The notes under the pieces are model-generated. The model ran no database searches, had not been told where the DNA came from, and was given only the letters and a program-made list of their open reading frames with translations. Of a DNA stretch of 64,000 nucleotides, positions 61,899-64,000 are shown piece after piece (position 1 is the first letter of the stretch; each line of letters starts with the position of its first letter). Position numbers and translations under genes: made by a program. Origin of the DNA: an uncultured Acidimicrobiia bacterium (GTDB taxonomy: Bacteria; Acidobacteriota; Terriglobia; Versatilivoradales; Versatilivoraceae); contig CAWEPG010000002.1 of the NCBI GenBank assembly GCA_963810905.1, positions 242,178-306,177 of the forward strand, given 5' to 3'.

Positions 61899-62963
61899 GT
61901 GCAAAAAGTAAGTCTTCTATCCTCAATCCTCTTAAGTTGCATCCTCTTCCACTTCAACTGGATGGCAACTCCAGCGGAATCGCGCTCCAATGAGCAAGAG
62001 GAGAAGCCCTACACCCTGGCTATCGACGTGGACCTGGTCAACGTTAATGTCGCCGTCTCAGACCCCTTTGGGAAATACCTGGTCAATTTGAAGAAGGACA
62101 ATTTCAAAATCTTTGAGGACAAGGTGGAGCAGAAGATCACTAACTTCTCCCCGGTTGACGCACCTTTTTGCATTGGCTTGCTCCTGGACACCAGTTTTAG
62201 CGCCGTCGATAAACTCGGGAAAATCCAGGACGAAGCCATTCACTTCATCCAACAGGTTCATCCTGACGACGAAGTGATGGTGGTCTCATTCGATGATGAA
62301 GTGCATTTAGAAACCGATTTCACCCAAAACAAAAACGCGGTCGAACGGGCCATCAAGATGACGCGAACGGGCCAGTCGACTCAGTTGTACGAGGCCGTGT
62401 ATCTAGCCCTGCATGACAAGTTACGGAAGAAAAGGGAACGCAAGGCAATGGTCCTGTTCACCGATGGAGTAGACACCTCCAGCCCCACCTCCTCTGCCCA
62501 CGAAACCATCGAACAAGCTAAGGAAGCAGACACTGTCATCTACCCGATTTTTTTTGATACCCGTGAGGACGTATTGCATCACTCGAGTGGTCCTGCGCGT
62601 ATTCCCCAGCCAGGTAACACGCCACAATTGCCGCTCCCAGGACGAATCCCAACGATCGATCCTCGCAATCCAAGACAAAGACAAGCGGACGATGAAACAA
62701 TCAGTATGCAATACGCTCAAGGACGGCACTATCTGCAGGAATTAGCCAATGTGACGGGTGGGACCCTCTACGTCGCCGATCGCCTGGATTCGCTGGGAGA
62801 TGTTTTTGCCCGAATCGCCAAGGAATTGCGCAGCCAATATGCCCTGGGTTACATTTCATCCAATCAGAAAAAGGATGGTAAGTTCCGCAAGATTACGGTA
62901 ACCGTGGACCAACCGGACACAACGGTTAAAGCCAAAAAAGGTTATCTCGCCAAAAAAAGTTAG
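61899..62963 (+). CDS. Secreted von Willebrand factor type A (VWA) domain protein
   Basis: A signal peptide is present. LLLDTSFS is a MIDAS-like motif and MVLFTDGVDTSS is also present. Confidence 0.6.
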   Translation: MQKVSLLSSILLSCILFHFNWMATPAESRSNEQEEKPYTLAIDVDLVNVNVAVSDPFGKYLVNLKKDNFKIFEDKVEQKITNFSPVDAPFCIGLLLDTSFSAVDKLGKIQDEAIHFIQQVHPDDEVMVVSFDDEVHLETDFTQNKNAVERAIKMTRTGQSTQLYEAVYLALHDKLRKKRERKAMVLFTDGVDTSSPTSSAHETIEQAKEADTVIYPIFFDTREDVLHHSSGPARIPQPGNTPQLPLPGRIPTIDPRNPRQRQADDETISMQYAQGRHYLQELANVTGGTLYVADRLDSLGDVFARIAKELRSQYALGYISSNQKKDGKFRKITVTVDQPDTTVKAKKGYLAKKS

Positions 62964-63015
62964 TTCTTGATAGAATTTATTTTCCAATCGAAAATCACTG
63001 CGAGAGGAGAAAGCG

Positions 63016-63951
63016 ATGGACCCATTAAAGGCGGTCGTCGTGGGAACCGGGATGATGGGGCCCGGAATTGCGGTATCGCTAGCAGTTGCCGGGATAGCAA
63101 CCTCTTTGGTCAGCCGCTCTGCCGATGGAGCTCATCGAGGGCTCGCCCAGGCAAAGGATCAGCTTGGGATTTTGCGCGATCACGGGTTGATCAGCACGGA
63201 TCAATTCGAAAACGGGAAATCTTGTCTTACCTCCTCATTCGTCCTGGACCCATTGCTGCCTATGGCCGATTTAGTAATCGAGTCAATCCCAGAAGATCTT
63301 CTTCTGAAGCAGGTATTATTCCAACACCTCGATTCTTTAGCTTCGAAAAGAACCATCCTGTGCAGCAATACGTCCGGAATGAGTATCAGTAAAATCGCTG
63401 AAGGAACAAAACACCCTGAAAGAATCGTCACGGCCCATTTCTGGAATCCCCCTCATTTGATGCCGCTGGTGGAAATTGTGATGGGGAAGCATACCGATGA
63501 GGCCATCGCTCTGCGGCTCATGGAGATCGTAAACCGATGTGGGAAAACTCCTGTGCTGGTGCGTAAAGACACTCCGGGCCAATTGGGAAATCGCTTGCTA
63601 CAAGCCTTGGTGAGGGAAGCCATTCATATCGTGAATGATGGGATTGCCTCGGTCGAAGACGTGGATTTGGTCGTGAAGAAGGGATTCGGCTTGCGCATGC
63701 CGGTCTGGGGAATATTGGAACATGCCGATGCCGTTGGGCTGGATCTGGTCAAGTCAGTCCAAAACTACGTCCTGCCTTATTTGAACCATGAGACCAAGGC
63801 TTCCCATCTGCTGGAGGAAAAATTGAGCCGAGGGGAATTAGGGGTCAAGTCAGGGAACGGTTTTTACAATTGGAGAGTGCGAGATATTCATGCGGCCAAG
63901 TTGCGGCGAGACAAATTTCTGATTGATTTTATGAAAGAGCAATCGGGATAG
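63016..63951 (+). CDS. 3-hydroxyacyl-CoA / 3-hydroxybutyryl-CoA dehydrogenase
   Basis: KAVVVGTGMMGPGIA is the NAD Rossmann motif. A 3HCDH C-terminal domain follows. Confidence 0.8.
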   Translation: MDPLKAVVVGTGMMGPGIAVSLAVAGIATSLVSRSADGAHRGLAQAKDQLGILRDHGLISTDQFENGKSCLTSSFVLDPLLPMADLVIESIPEDLLLKQVLFQHLDSLASKRTILCSNTSGMSISKIAEGTKHPERIVTAHFWNPPHLMPLVEIVMGKHTDEAIALRLMEIVNRCGKTPVLVRKDTPGQLGNRLLQALVREAIHIVNDGIASVEDVDLVVKKGFGLRMPVWGILEHADAVGLDLVKSVQNYVLPYLNHETKASHLLEEKLSRGELGVKSGNGFYNWRVRDIHAAKLRRDKFLIDFMKEQSG

Positions 63952-64000
63952 TAGATATTTTCTATTTGTAGCTTGTGATTTTTGTTCGTAATTGGCCAAA

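Noticed and set aside
1-64000. Searched by eye for an integron integrase, transposases, phage genes, tRNA, rRNA and tmRNA.
   Set aside because: None recognised. There are no tyrosine-recombinase motifs, no DDE transposase, and no tRNA-like cloverleaf next to the repeats. The array is therefore reported as integrase-less within this window.

Overview
This 64-kb window comes from a bacterial chromosome of about 50 % GC. The DUF1501 + DUF1549/DUF1553 + PSCyt1-WD40 cluster at 43.3-49 kb suggests a PVC-group organism such as Planctomycetota, but that is inference from family distribution only. No rRNA, tRNA or CRISPR array was recognised. The window has three zones.

(i) 1-3.7 kb: a CBM9-like gene fragment, then a prolyl oligopeptidase and a quinone oxidoreductase on the minus strand. 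Both minus-strand genes are frame-disrupted.

(ii) ~4.1-33.9 kb: about 35 small-to-medium ORFs, every one on the + strand and tightly packed. Their functions are unrelated. Each has its own RBS. GC content jumps from gene to gene between roughly 36 % and 68 %. The genes include GNAT acetyltransferases, SAM methyltransferases, OsmC, YciI, ACT, an ArsR+SRPBCC pair, three TfoX-N paralogs, GlsB, DUF1697, DUF4279-like, ecotin, a CobW-type GTPase, a truncated haemoglobin, esterases, an MFS transporter, a Ser/Thr kinase and gene fragments. The spacers are short imperfect palindromes. They start at or just after the stop codon with an ...AAC motif (GCCTAAC, GCCCAAC, TAACAAG) and end in GTTAGGC or GTTRRRY-like cores just before the next RBS. 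This is the architecture of an integron gene-cassette array. No integron integrase lies in the window, so it is CALIN-like (cluster of attC sites lacking an integron-integrase).

(iii) 34.4-64 kb: core genes. These are metH, htrA/degP, a sigma-54 response regulator, the DUF1501/DUF1553/PSCyt1 trio, a PPC-domain secreted protein, a YfhO-like membrane protein, a membrane spermidine-synthase-like protein, a VWA protein and a 3-hydroxyacyl-CoA dehydrogenase.

Three interspersed repeat families are present. One is a 290-440 bp repeat in three copies inside the array, each copy immediately 5' of an unrelated gene, with homology ending at GTTA. One is a MITE-like element with ~23-bp inverted ends (GGAGGGCGGAGCTCTGCGACGCC). 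One is a set of G/C-run hairpin clusters.

At least 13 genes are interrupted by apparent +/-1 frameshifts. Either the consensus carries indel errors or many genes are decaying, and many ORF-track entries are fragments of single genes. All calls rest on reading the translations and nucleotides by eye; no database search was run.
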